64,000 nt of DNA from an uncultured archaeon (GTDB taxonomy: Archaea; Thermoplasmatota; Penumbrarchaeia; JASLWR01): positions 1-64,000 of the forward strand of contig CAYSHM010000006.1 in NCBI GenBank assembly GCA_964430885.1, in the 5' to 3' direction. Below are positions 40,719 through 51,066 of the stretch, piece by piece. The stretch's first letter is position 1. The number at the start of each line of letters is the position of its first letter. The notes beneath the pieces are model-generated. The model did no database searches. It had not been told where the DNA came from and saw only the letters and a list, made by a program, of their open reading frames with translations. The position numbers and the translations under genes were made by a program.

Positions 40719-42266
40719 ATGGTCAAAGTAGAGAAAGGCAAGAGCAGACTGTATTATTTAGAACCCATAATCAAGCGCTATCCTGCTATAAAGAAGCCAG
40801 TGGGTCATGTTCACTTCAGAAAAAAAATGCTCTGGACAGTAGGTATACTACTGTTCTACTTTATGATGACCAATGTCATGATATACGGACTTGGAGAGAG
40901 CATGGATATGTTCTCCGAGTTCAGAGCCATAATGGCTGGAGCATCCGGAAGTTTGATGCATCTTGGTATTGGTCCCATAGTGACAGCTTCCATTATAATG
41001 CAGCTTTTCTCGGGTGCCAAGATATTGAAACTGGATATGACCGACCCCGAGGACAAGGCCATTTACCAGGGAACCCAGAAGATCCTCGTAGTGGTGATGA
41101 TATTCATCGAGGCAATTCCGCAGGTTTACGGTTATCTTGATCCGTCAGGATCTTTCACAAATGCAGTAGGACCCGGATGGGCGAAGTTCTTAATAGTCAT
41201 TCAGCTTGCCATAGGTTCCTATATAGTGTTCCTGATGGATGAGATAGTGTCCAAATGGGGTATCGGAAGCGGAATTTCAATGTTCATCTGTGCAGGTGTA
41301 GCCCAGGCAATATTCACAGGTACTTTGAACTGGATGCCTACAAACGCCGGGGAGCCTCTCAGTTTGACCAATCCTCCCTCAGGAGTTATTCCCAAGACAG
41401 TATATTTCCTCAACAACATGAGTTTGAGCAATCTTTCAGGAGGTGGTTTTGAAAGGCTGTTCCTTCAACCTCCCAACGCGTTCTTCTATCTGATCGCTAC
41501 AGTGGTAATATTCCTGATAGTTGCCTATGCGGAATCTACTAGGATCGAGATTCCATTATCTCACGGAAGGGTCCGAGGCGCTAGAGGCCGTTATCCTATA
41601 AGATTGATTTATGCTTCAAATATACCTGTGATATTGATGTCAGCTTTATTGGCCAATATCAATATGTTCTCACTCCTTTTCTGGAATCATCCCACTATGA
41701 GCAAGATACCGCTGCTTGGCCACAAGTGGTGGATAGGCGGTTTCCATCCCGGCGAGACCCAGCCTTATAGCGGAGGGGCGTGGTATGTGTCAAGAGTTAA
41801 TGGTGTGCATCAGTGGCTGCTGCCGATTTTGAACTGGGATACGTACAGCGTGTATGTACCCGATCACGAATACTGGCAGGTCTGGGTCCATGTTCTGGTC
41901 TATGCGGGTATAATGATCTTCGGAAGCATACTATTCGCCAAGTTCTGGATAGAGACCACCAACATGGGTCCCGAGGATGTAGCTAAACAGATACAGAACA
42001 GCGGAATGCAGATACCGGGTTTCAGACGGGATCCGCGTGTTCTCAAGAAAGTGCTGAAAAGATACATTCCAATGGTGACAATAATATCCGGTGCTTTCGT
42101 GGGTGCCATAGCAGCTTTTGCCGATATGATCGGCACTGTTGGAAATACTTCGGGTACTGGAGTGCTTCTAGCCGTAGGTATCATCATACGTCTTTACGAG
42201 GAAATCGGTAAGGAGCAGATGATGGAAATGCATCCAGTCCTTAGAGGATTCTTCGGTAATGAGTAA
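40719..42266 (+). CDS. secY: Protein translocase subunit SecY (Sec61alpha)
   Basis: GSLMHLGIGPIVTASII, SKWGIGSGISMFI, YASNIPVIL, IPGFR, SGTGVLL. Confidence 0.97.
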   Translation: MVKVEKGKSRLYYLEPIIKRYPAIKKPVGHVHFRKKMLWTVGILLFYFMMTNVMIYGLGESMDMFSEFRAIMAGASGSLMHLGIGPIVTASIIMQLFSGAKILKLDMTDPEDKAIYQGTQKILVVVMIFIEAIPQVYGYLDPSGSFTNAVGPGWAKFLIVIQLAIGSYIVFLMDEIVSKWGIGSGISMFICAGVAQAIFTGTLNWMPTNAGEPLSLTNPPSGVIPKTVYFLNNMSLSNLSGGGFERLFLQPPNAFFYLIATVVIFLIVAYAESTRIEIPLSHGRVRGARGRYPIRLIYASNIPVILMSALLANINMFSLLFWNHPTMSKIPLLGHKWWIGGFHPGETQPYSGGAWYVSRVNGVHQWLLPILNWDTYSVYVPDHEYWQVWVHVLVYAGIMIFGSILFAKFWIETTNMGPEDVAKQIQNSGMQIPGFRRDPRVLKKVLKRYIPMVTIISGAFVGAIAAFADMIGTVGNTSGTGVLLAVGIIIRLYEEIGKEQMMEMHPVLRGFFGNE

Positions 42267-42424
42267 TTGGAGCAAAGCGGTCTCCCATTACTCCTTTTCT
42301 TTTTCTTGGCCATTACTAGAAGCGGTGTTGATTTGATATAAAATGATAAACAATCATGAATATGCTCATTTAAGTTTGAATTAATTCTTCTATTTTATAA
42401 GAATCCAACTACACTACCAAGGAT

Positions 42425-42838
42425 GTGGAATATATGTTTATCAAGATAATCTGCGGTAATGAAGATTGTAGAAGCGAATTCTCCGCTGACACTTTGGACC
42501 CATTCTGGGAATGCCTGGAATGTGAAAGAAATATCGAGAACAAATACTTTCCCTTTCTGACTGCTCGGTTGATGGAAGCGAAATCGCATACTGATACAGA
42601 TTGGCACTCACCATTCAAGGAGCATTTTGATATGATCAAAGGGTTCATAGAGGAAAAGGTATCCTTATTGAGGAGCAGGGATGACAGTTTTGTTTTACCC
42701 GAGAAATATTCCCTGGATGAATTGGAGGAAATACGGTCCGGGGGAAACATCAATAAGGATGATTTTGATCTCTTGATAGACAAGGGTCATGCCGTTGCCA
42801 TTTATCTTATAGAACAGATGAAAACGGGGTCAAAATAA
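42425..42838 (+). CDS. Hypothetical protein with N-terminal zinc ribbon
   Basis: CGNEDC…WECLEC; coding-like composition. Confidence 0.6.
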   Translation: MEYMFIKIICGNEDCRSEFSADTLDPFWECLECERNIENKYFPFLTARLMEAKSHTDTDWHSPFKEHFDMIKGFIEEKVSLLRSRDDSFVLPEKYSLDELEEIRSGGNINKDDFDLLIDKGHAVAIYLIEQMKTGSK

Positions 42839-42884
42839 TTTTCCGTCACGATGATATATGATATTTTTCCCGCTTTTGACGCAA

Positions 42885-43700
42885 TCAGACCTGGACCTTA
42901 TCATTTGGGTGTACGACCAACACCGGAACCCTGGAGTTCATCACAATATTGTCCAGTGTTTTTGAGAACATATCCTCCATCTTTCTCATGTGATGGGAGC
43001 ATATCAGCATATCATGGGTTTGTGAATGCTCTACGGCTGCATTATCCACCGTTGTAAGATTGGTCAGTGTGGATACCCGTACACCTTTCATTTTCAGGGT
43101 TAATCCCATGTCTAAGATCTCCTTTGTCAGCTTAGTTTTCACTCCGATTTTGTCAGCTCTGGGAACGAGGAAGGTGAAGCGGCAGTTATACGTTGAATGG
43201 AAATGTTTCAGGATCCTGGACGTGTTTGCCACTCTCCTCTCTTCCATGTTGATGACCAGAACTCTTTTAGGCGTTTCAAGGAAATCAGGTTTATTAAGGA
43301 CCAGCATGGGCAGCCCAACTCTTTTATTCAGGGACTGAAGCAATGGGTCCATCTTTTTGGTCTGCAGTCCGAATTTATCATATGTCTCTGCAATGACAAG
43401 GTCAATTTTATTATCCACCGCATATGATGCCACCTTTTCAGCGGGATTACCATCCACCACAGTTACTTTAGCGAAGATATCCAACTCCTCAAGTTTCTTT
43501 TTTGTTATCATTGCGGTCCTCTGAGCCCCTTTCTCCGAAAGTTCTTTGAAAATATTATCCAGATGACTGGTAGTTGTCTGAGTTTGATCGAAAATCGAGA
43601 TCACATGGAGATTACTATCAGGAAACAGATCATTGATATACAGGAGGGCATTGTCCATGATCTCCACGTTATCAGTTACCATCATTACCCTTTTGAACAT
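42885..43700 (-). CDS. Universal stress protein (tandem USP)
   Basis: MFKRVMM, GNPAEKVASYA…IDLVI, IVMNSRVPVLVV. Confidence 0.8.
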   Translation of the reverse strand: MFKRVMMVTDNVEIMDNALLYINDLFPDSNLHVISIFDQTQTTTSHLDNIFKELSEKGAQRTAMITKKKLEELDIFAKVTVVDGNPAEKVASYAVDNKIDLVIAETYDKFGLQTKKMDPLLQSLNKRVGLPMLVLNKPDFLETPKRVLVINMEERRVANTSRILKHFHSTYNCRFTFLVPRADKIGVKTKLTKEILDMGLTLKMKGVRVSTLTNLTTVDNAAVEHSQTHDMLICSHHMRKMEDMFSKTLDNIVMNSRVPVLVVHPNDKVQV

Positions 43701-44093
43701 TGGATATTCACCTAGTATTGCTGTATCTTATTTAGCTTAAAATGGGGAACAAGGATTTAAAAATATGGGCCATACAAATTTATATCCTAACCCTGAGCCC
43801 TGATTGAAGGTTCCGGTAGGCCTATTAATATTAGTTTATTCAATCACTACTGGACATGGGAATTGTTTTTTTCATAATCATTGTTCTAATCGATTTATAT
43901 TATTTAAGGACGATTTTCTTTTTTATGATTACCAAACACTTAAAAGAAGGTGTCAAAGGTTCTGTCTTTGATGATAATGCAGAAAAACCTTTTATAGAAA
44001 AAAAATGATTTCCAGCAAGTGTGTCTATCTGGTTCTGGTAAGGAGTGATGAATATTGCTTCTTATTTCAGAATCGAGATTGACCAAAGAAATT

Positions 44094-44171
44094 GCCCCGA
44101 TGGTGTAGCTGGGCCCATCATATCGGCCTGTCGAGCCGATGACACGGATTCAAATTCCGTTCGGGGCGCCA
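44094..44171 (+). tRNA. tRNA-Asp(GTC), CCA encoded
   Basis: GCCCCGA/TCGGGGC acceptor stem, TCGGC-CTGTCGA-GCCGA anticodon arm, ACGGA-TTCAAAT-TCCGT T arm, G-CCA end. Confidence 0.97.
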
Positions 44172-44271
44172 TTTTTCTTTTTCTAAAAATAATAAGACAC
44201 AATAATATTGTTTAAGGGTTTTTGTTGTTCATTCATCGATAAGGAATCCAATTTGATTAGCAGGTTTTACC

Positions 44272-46044
44272 ATGAGGATAGCTGTAGTTCTGGAAGATAA
44301 ATGTCACCCGAAGAAATGTCACCATGAATGTAAAAATTTTTGCCCGAGGGTAAGAATGGGTGATGAGACAATAACCCTTTCAAAGGCCAAGAGACCTATA
44401 ATCAACGAAATGCTCTGTGTGGGTTGTGGCATATGCGTTAATAAGTGCCCCTTCAAAGCCTTGAAGATCATAAATTTAAAAGAGGCTCTGGACGAGGACC
44501 TGATACATCAGTTCTCCAAGAACGGTTTCAGGTTATTCCGTCTGCCTGAACCTAAAGCAGGACAGGTAGTTGGTATCCTTGGTAGAAATGGGATTGGGAA
44601 AACAACAGTGATAAATATCTTATCCGGCCAGTATTTAGCAAATCTAGGAAAATATGAGGATGATCCAAAATGGCATGGGGTCCTTGACAAGTACTCCAAT
44701 ACTCTTTTAGCTGAACATTTCGAGAAACTATCCAAGGGTGAATTGCGGGTCTCTCTCAAACCCCAGTATGTTGATAAGATCCCCAAAGTGATTACCGGAA
44801 AGGTAAGGACAATTTTGAAGGGTATTCCCACTGAAAGGGACCTGGATGAAATTATCACATCACTTGATCTGGAACCGGTACTTGATAGGGAGATGGACCA
44901 GCTATCTGGCGGGGAACTCCAGAGGGTAGCTATCGCAGCCAGTGTTCTTAAGGAAGCGGATATTTATTTCTTTGACGAACCGTCTTCTTACCTTGATATT
45001 GCCCAGAGATTGAACATCTGTAAACTGATCCACAAGCTGACCAAAGATAGGAATGTAATGGTGATAGAGCACGATCTGGCGGTCATGGATTTCCTTTCTG
45101 ATTCAATATATTTGATGTATGGTTCAGAGGGCGCCTATGGTGTGGTTGCCCATCCTAGAAGCGCCCGAAATGCCATCAATACTTACCTGCGGGGCTTCTT
45201 GGAAAAGGAAAATATCCGAATAAGGAACTATGCAATCAATTTTGAGAATAGGGGACCGAAAAAGGAATGGAAATCCAGTCCCATGGTTCAATTTCCTGAG
45301 TTGAAAAAGGAATTTGACGGCTTCACCATCTCATCTGGTAGCAGCATGATACATTATGGTGAGGTTGTCGGAATGGTAGGTCCCAACGCCATAGGAAAGA
45401 CCACCCTTGTTCAAATGCTTGCTGGAAAATTGGAACCAACCGAAGGCGAGGTGGATGCAGACCTGGAAATATCCTACAAGCCCCAGTATATCAAGACCGA
45501 CCTTGACTGTACTGTGAAGGATTATTTCTATATGGAGCTGGGGGCGGATCTTGAAGACGGCTTCTTCAAAGCCCATATCGAAGGGCCCTTTTCTTTGGAA
45601 ATACTATATGACCGTCAGATCGATACCCTGTCCGGCGGTGAGCTTCAGAGAGTGGCGATAGGTGCCTGTCTGGGTAAGAAGGCGGATATATATCTCCTTG
45701 ATGAACCTTCCGCATATCTTGACTCTGACCAGAGAATGGCCGTGGCCAAGTCTATCAGAAGGGTCATTGAGAAATCCTCAAGCGCAGCCATGGTAGTTGA
45801 TCATGATGTATATTTTATAGATCTAATATCGGATACATTGATGGTTTTTACAGGGGAACCTTCTGTTAGGGGTTTGGCCCTTGGACCCTTTGATCTAAGA
45901 ACCGGAATGAACCGTTTCCTAAAGAGTGTTGATGTTACTTTTCGAAGGGATAAAGAAACCCAAAGACCCCGAATAAACAAGTTCGAATCAAGGCTTGATA
46001 GGAAACAGAAATCCGAAGGAGAATATTATTATTCCTATGGATAA
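44272..46044 (+). CDS. rli: Ribosome recycling ATPase ABCE1/RLI
   Basis: N-terminal two-FeS domain (C…C…C…CP, CVGCGICVNKCPF), two ABC domains with LSGGELQRVAI and DEPS. Confidence 0.96.
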   Translation: MRIAVVLEDKCHPKKCHHECKNFCPRVRMGDETITLSKAKRPIINEMLCVGCGICVNKCPFKALKIINLKEALDEDLIHQFSKNGFRLFRLPEPKAGQVVGILGRNGIGKTTVINILSGQYLANLGKYEDDPKWHGVLDKYSNTLLAEHFEKLSKGELRVSLKPQYVDKIPKVITGKVRTILKGIPTERDLDEIITSLDLEPVLDREMDQLSGGELQRVAIAASVLKEADIYFFDEPSSYLDIAQRLNICKLIHKLTKDRNVMVIEHDLAVMDFLSDSIYLMYGSEGAYGVVAHPRSARNAINTYLRGFLEKENIRIRNYAINFENRGPKKEWKSSPMVQFPELKKEFDGFTISSGSSMIHYGEVVGMVGPNAIGKTTLVQMLAGKLEPTEGEVDADLEISYKPQYIKTDLDCTVKDYFYMELGADLEDGFFKAHIEGPFSLEILYDRQIDTLSGGELQRVAIGACLGKKADIYLLDEPSAYLDSDQRMAVAKSIRRVIEKSSSAAMVVDHDVYFIDLISDTLMVFTGEPSVRGLALGPFDLRTGMNRFLKSVDVTFRRDKETQRPRINKFESRLDRKQKSEGEYYYSYG

Positions 46045-46159
46045 TAAGCCAATAAATGTGTTCTGGACATCTCCCTAATTCTTACCAACCGTTAAGGATA
46101 AATACCATTATACCGATACGATTGTAGATTATTCCTATATTATTTATTCAGGTGATATT

Positions 46160-48016
46160 ATGGTAACCTGTCCCTTATGCGGAAATGAAACTACCTATTT
46201 CGAAGAATATCAGCAATGGTACTGTTCCAACTGCAAAGCCTATCAGAAGCAGATAGAAGAAGCTTTAAGGATTCATTTTGAACGGAAGAGCCAGGATGAA
46301 GAACTAATTGACTCAGAAATGGATGCCCCAGCCGAATCAGAGGAAACTCCAACTGAAGAAATCCATTCCGATGGCGGGGATGCTGAAGAGATATCGCCTG
46401 AGGATGAGGTGGATTCAGATCTTGATTTCGAAGATGCTCTAGGGTCATTGGAGGATATCATGGGTGAGGACGAACCTTCGTCTGACACGGAAGCCGAAAG
46501 TGGAATTGAAGAGCAATCCGAGGAGGAAGATGAGGTAGCCGCCGATGTGTATGAGGAATCAGCCGAAGTAGCGGAAGAGGATTTGGTGGAAGTGAGCACT
46601 GGGGAAGAAATGGTGGACATTATTTCTGAAATTACGACTGATAACGTCCAGGAACAGGATTCAGACCAAGTTCAAGTGGAAATCAAGGCAGAAGAGGATA
46701 CCCCCGGCAGTAAGGACACGTTAGAAATAACCGATGGTAAGAACTGTCAGAATTGCGGATATCTAATGGAGTCGGATTGGATAATATGTCCTGAATGCAT
46801 GAGTTTATATGAGGAGCCGGAAGAAGTGCCTTCAGTGACGGATGAGGTATCCCTGGAAGAAGATCATGAAGTGATGAAAAGGGACCAGGAAATAGTGGAC
46901 GATGAACAAGAGGGTGCTGAAGCTGTAGAGATCACCCCTGAACCGGAACCCGAACCTGAAATGGTAACCGAAGCTCGGCAGCCAACATACGATAATAAAA
47001 AGAAGAATCCCAATTATTGGCTGGTCCTTGCTATGATCAACATCAGAAAGAATAATTTGAATAAATCGATACAGGCGATTCAAAGAGCATTGAAATTAGA
47101 TGAATCAAACCATCTCGCGTGGTATTTAAGAAGCTCAATCTATAAAATGATGGGTGAATATGAGAAGGAAGGAAAATGCATGGATAAGATCTTCCAGAAT
47201 AATTCCACTCTTGTATCCTACTCACAGATAATAACACCTGCACCGGAATCTCAGATTGACGATGTTGTGCCAGTTATTCAAGAGGAGGAAATAGTTCCTC
47301 AAGCCATGGAAGAGATGAGTTTTGAACCGACACCTGAGCTGGATTCTCCGGAATTGAATATATCAACTGAAATTCCCATGGAGATGCCTTTGGATGATCA
47401 AGTTGAATCAATGCCAGAAGATATTCCTTCAGAGGCTATAGAAGAAGCACCGGTTGGTGATCAACCAGAACCAGAATATGGAGAGATTCCTGCAGAGGTC
47501 ACGATGGAAGTCGCAGTTCCCTACGAAGAACCCTTAGAGGATCTTTCATTGGATGAAAAGCGGCCTACGCCAGAGGAGATTCCTGTAGAAGATGTAGAGG
47601 AATCAGCGTTTAACTACGAAGAACCCTTGGAGGATATTTCATTGGATGAAGAGCAGCCAACGCATGAGGAAATTCCCATTCCAGAGGAAATCCTAGCAGT
47701 AGAAGATGCAGTGGATATTCCTATCGATGAAGTTCCTGCGGATTTTGATGAACCTCCTGAAGATGTTCAGGAAAGCGAATCATTAGAGGTTCCCGAACCA
47801 TTGCTCGATGAACCAATACCGCCAGAAGCAGTGGAACCGGTTTTGGAAGAGGTTGCAGCCCAGGTACCTGAGGTTCCTTCATTGGATGAGGTTCCTATTC
47901 CAGAGCTAGTTCCCCAGGATATGGAAGAAAAAGATAAAACTGAGGAAACCGATGAATATATGGAAGAAGAGGAAGAGATTGATGATATGCTTGGAGATCT
48001 TCTGGATGATCTCTGA
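46160..48016 (+). CDS. Highly acidic protein with two zinc ribbons and TPR repeats
   Basis: CPLC…WYCSNC, CQNC…CPEC, TPR-like YW…A…ALKLD…AWY; E/P-rich disorder. Confidence 0.7.
   Translation: MVTCPLCGNETTYFEEYQQWYCSNCKAYQKQIEEALRIHFERKSQDEELIDSEMDAPAESEETPTEEIHSDGGDAEEISPEDEVDSDLDFEDALGSLEDIMGEDEPSSDTEAESGIEEQSEEEDEVAADVYEESAEVAEEDLVEVSTGEEMVDIISEITTDNVQEQDSDQVQVEIKAEEDTPGSKDTLEITDGKNCQNCGYLMESDWIICPECMSLYEEPEEVPSVTDEVSLEEDHEVMKRDQEIVDDEQEGAEAVEITPEPEPEPEMVTEARQPTYDNKKKNPNYWLVLAMINIRKNNLNKSIQAIQRALKLDESNHLAWYLRSSIYKMMGEYEKEGKCMDKIFQNNSTLVSYSQIITPAPESQIDDVVPVIQEEEIVPQAMEEMSFEPTPELDSPELNISTEIPMEMPLDDQVESMPEDIPSEAIEEAPVGDQPEPEYGEIPAEVTMEVAVPYEEPLEDLSLDEKRPTPEEIPVEDVEESAFNYEEPLEDISLDEEQPTHEEIPIPEEILAVEDAVDIPIDEVPADFDEPPEDVQESESLEVPEPLLDEPIPPEAVEPVLEEVAAQVPEVPSLDEVPIPELVPQDMEEKDKTEETDEYMEEEEEIDDMLGDLLDDL
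47521..47677 (+). repeat. Imperfect ~64-bp intragenic direct repeat (93-bp period)
   Basis: CTACGAAGAACCCTT.GAGGAT.TTTCATTGGATGAA at 47521 and 47614, encoding YEEPLED(L/I)SLDE..PT.EEIP twice. Confidence 0.8.
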
Positions 48017-48050
48017 ATTTCAAAATCGGTATGATATTGAATGAAAAAAT

Positions 48051-48227
48051 CTACATTGGAATTACGGCGTTCAGTATTTCCAATCCAACTATTAAAACTC
48101 CCATTACCACAAGAACCGCTCGGGGATCGATTTTTATTGAGGTTTCTTCCTCGGCATCAAAATATCTTATCAGACCTGCAGCCGAGTGAAATCCCTCTCC
48201 CTTTTTACCTTTTTTCGGAGGTGCCAT
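48051..48227 (-). CDS. secG: Preprotein translocase subunit Sec61beta (archaeal SecG), 58 aa (not in the ORF track)
   Basis: MAPPKKGKKGEGFHSAAGLIRYFDAEEETSIKIDPRAVLVVMGVLIVGLEILNAVIPM*: SAAGLIRYFD…KIDP plus TM signature. Confidence 0.92.
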   Translation of the reverse strand: MAPPKKGKKGEGFHSAAGLIRYFDAEEETSIKIDPRAVLVVMGVLIVGLEILNAVIPM

Positions 48228-48350
48228 AATTCTACTTCCAATAATATTTCATTCCTATAAAATCAACAATGTCTAACATCAACTTTTTATAAATTATTTT
48301 TCCCCTTGTTACATGGAACGATCAAACCATTATCTTTCCCAAAACCACAA

Positions 48351-49196
48351 TTAAAATGAATTACAAAAATCCTTCATTAATCTATATGGAATATTCATAT
48401 TGCCTCTGCCGGTTCCCAATGTAACACCTGGTTTGTTCTCACCATGATAGTCGGTTCCGCCTGTCATAAGCAGATTGTTCTTCCTGGCCACCGTCTCCAG
48501 GAATTTGGTTTGTTCTAGGCTATTTTCAATATAATATACCTCAATGGCATCCAAACCCTGTTCTATTAAACCCCTGATTATTTCGGTTAATGATTTTTTC
48601 TGGTCTGGAATTAGAAAAGGATGTGCCATCGATACCTTGCCGTTGTAATCTTTAATGAGATCCATAGCTATTTCAGAAGTAAAGGTTTTTCTTGGGACGT
48701 AGCATAATCCTCCAGCATTCAGATATTTATTAAAAGCTTCATTTAAAGATGTCACTAGTCCGTTATTGAAAAGAGCCTTTCCTATATGCAGCCTGCCTAC
48801 AACATTTCCTTCCGCCTCTGATCTTACCATGTCCATAGTAAGGTGTATATCATGTTCATCTAGTTTCTCGAGTATTCTGTCGTTCCTCTCCACTCTTGCC
48901 TTCTTGATCCAATCCATTTCTTTTTCAAATGCTATGGATTCCGGAGAATTGAAGTAACCCAAAATATGAAGATTTCCGTAATGATCTTCGGTTCCGATCT
49001 CAATACCATGAAGAAATTCTATATCATTTTCAATTGCACATCCATATGCCTCTGGGCATCCCGACATAGTGTCATGATCGGTTAGAGCTAATCCCTTCAA
49101 ACCTTTTCCAGCGGCAATTTTTATTAAATCATTAGGTTTTATTGTCCCGTCGGACATAGTTGAATGTACATGCAGATCTACTAACCCCTCGCTCAT
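48351..49196 (-). CDS. PHP-domain phosphoesterase (TrpH/YciV-like)
   Basis: DLHVHSTMSDG, ALTDHD, GIEI, HILGY, AHP, GGTDYHG. Confidence 0.9.
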   Translation of the reverse strand: MSEGLVDLHVHSTMSDGTIKPNDLIKIAAGKGLKGLALTDHDTMSGCPEAYGCAIENDIEFLHGIEIGTEDHYGNLHILGYFNSPESIAFEKEMDWIKKARVERNDRILEKLDEHDIHLTMDMVRSEAEGNVVGRLHIGKALFNNGLVTSLNEAFNKYLNAGGLCYVPRKTFTSEIAMDLIKDYNGKVSMAHPFLIPDQKKSLTEIIRGLIEQGLDAIEVYYIENSLEQTKFLETVARKNNLLMTGGTDYHGENKPGVTLGTGRGNMNIPYRLMKDFCNSF

Positions 49197-49338
49197 GTTC
49201 CGGTAAACATAAAATAGTGTATTTATAAAATGTGCCAGTATAATGCTAATGTGGTAAAAAGCCCCATGATGGGTTGATATGAAGTAAATGAAGAAAAAAT
49301 GCCGATCCCTGCTCGCTCGGTATTAATTGAGAAAAAAA

Positions 49339-49412
49339 TGGGCCAAGCCGGATTCGAACCGGCGATCACCGCCATGTCAAGGCGGCGTCATAACCAACTA
49401 GACCATTGGCCC
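49339..49412 (-). tRNA. tRNA-Val(GAC), CCA not encoded
   Basis: Reverse complement: GGGCCAA/TTGGCCC acceptor stem, CCGCC-TTGACAT-GGCGG anticodon arm, GCCGG-TTCGAAT-CCGGC T arm. Confidence 0.96.
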
Positions 49413-49705
49413 TAATATTTTCATTCATAATAATACCACATTTATTAAAAAATTTTTGTCTTAAATGTTGGATTATCCATAACTGAATCCATATTTGATT
49501 ATTAGTTGAAAGATTGCCATAGAAAAAAGGGTAGAATTGATAAGGATAAATCATATAATAATAATAATAATAATATTGTTTTGTATGTACTCAAGGGAAT
49601 CCGTATCAATAATGGTTCTTCGACTATCGGAGTAAACAATAATTGGATTAATTATAAATCGATTATAGTGATTATTACTGTATCAATCTCGGAGTGTAAA
49701 ATAAT

Positions 49706-51052
49706 TTGAAAAGCGAGATAAAGAGAGCCCTGTTTTGGGACATTGGAATTCCAGGCCCTCCGTTGGAGATAGAGATTCATCCGACTGAGAAGAGTAATTT
49801 AGAGATAAATCCCTGTAAATGTTTAAAGGAAACTCTGGTAAATCCGAAGACCTTAGGTCAGAGCCAGCTTGAGAAGATAGTACATCAAGGCTGTGAACTA
49901 GGTGTAAAAAAATGGATTTTCAAGGGTGATGGTGAACCATTGCTTATCAAGGACCGGCTGATTAGTTTAATGCAGTATATCAAGGACCATATGGCCCATG
50001 GAACACTCCAGACAAACGGAACAATGTTCACCCCGTCCAATGTGACTGATATCGTCACAATGGCCTGGGACCGGATAGAGATATGTATGCCAAGCTCAGC
50101 GGAGGATAATTATTTTCAAATCGTCCAAACAGAGAAGGCTTATGAACATATCATCAATGGCATAGATATGATAACTGACATCAAGGATGAATTGGGAACT
50201 GACAAACCGGTCATTGATATATTTCTTCCAATAACTCCGAAGACCTATGATAACATTGGAGATATGCTGAAATGGGCTAAGACCAAGGATATCAATAGGG
50301 TAAGGGCCGAGCCCCCATCAGCACTATCCAGCGCGGAACTGGAACTGATCAAACTTGATACCAATGAACTAAATCTATTGAAGAACCACATACCCAGCTA
50401 TCATTCTCTGGCAAGATCACTGAATATAAAGTTCGATATAATACCCATCAATGAGGAGTTCACGCCCAAATTAGGGAAAAAAAGAAAGAAGGACGAACGG
50501 AATAAATCCAAAGATTCCGACCTCTCATTTCCATCCAATGAACTTGATTCAGAAACCCTATTTTGTTTAGAACCATATCTAAAAATGGTTTTCAGACCGA
50601 GATTGGGAATAGGCCCTTGTCCAATTTCCAGATATGAACAGGATAACAAGAACTACCTGTCAGCGAATGAGTTGGCCGAGAATGATCTTGATGATTTATG
50701 GAAAGCCCCTCTTTTCACGTATTTAAGAGAGAATGCTAAGACCGGTTTTGTTGATTTCTATTGTAATAATTGCCCCAAGCGTTTAAGAACCAGGCAGATG
50801 AAATCTATTAAATCTTTGAAGCTCAGCCGAGATCGTTTCCTGAGAAATACAATAGATGTGATGATCAGGAACAAATCTGAGAATGACCCTCGGATCAAGG
50901 AGAGATTGGACCGTATACGTAAATTGACAAAGGATATTAACCTAAGACAGGGTGAATTGGTCGAAATGAGAAGATATCATTTGGAACTAGAAAAAATACG
51001 CTCTCGCTTCCCCTATAGGGTTTTGAGAAAATTACGTGTGATAAAGGAATGA
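49706..51052 (+). CDS. Radical SAM/SPASM-like protein with a degenerate CxxxCxxC motif and C-terminal coiled coil
   Basis: GDGEPLL, QTNGT, and FCLEP…GPCP…LW…CNNC SPASM-like cysteines; the cluster motif position reads TEKSNLEINPCKC. Confidence 0.7.
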   Translation: MKSEIKRALFWDIGIPGPPLEIEIHPTEKSNLEINPCKCLKETLVNPKTLGQSQLEKIVHQGCELGVKKWIFKGDGEPLLIKDRLISLMQYIKDHMAHGTLQTNGTMFTPSNVTDIVTMAWDRIEICMPSSAEDNYFQIVQTEKAYEHIINGIDMITDIKDELGTDKPVIDIFLPITPKTYDNIGDMLKWAKTKDINRVRAEPPSALSSAELELIKLDTNELNLLKNHIPSYHSLARSLNIKFDIIPINEEFTPKLGKKRKKDERNKSKDSDLSFPSNELDSETLFCLEPYLKMVFRPRLGIGPCPISRYEQDNKNYLSANELAENDLDDLWKAPLFTYLRENAKTGFVDFYCNNCPKRLRTRQMKSIKSLKLSRDRFLRNTIDVMIRNKSENDPRIKERLDRIRKLTKDINLRQGELVEMRRYHLELEKIRSRFPYRVLRKLRVIKE

Positions 51053-51066
51053 TATCGAATTACCCT

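Noticed and set aside
43701-44093. Possible ncRNA in the ~390-bp intergenic region
   Set aside because: Only short weak hairpins; the region is explained by divergent promoters for the USP gene and tRNA-Asp.
49420-49705. Genomic island at tRNA-Val; (TAA)6 run at 49556-49573; ORF 49506-49709
   Set aside because: No integrase or duplicated tRNA 3' end was found; this is AT-rich intergenic DNA and the ORF is low-complexity.
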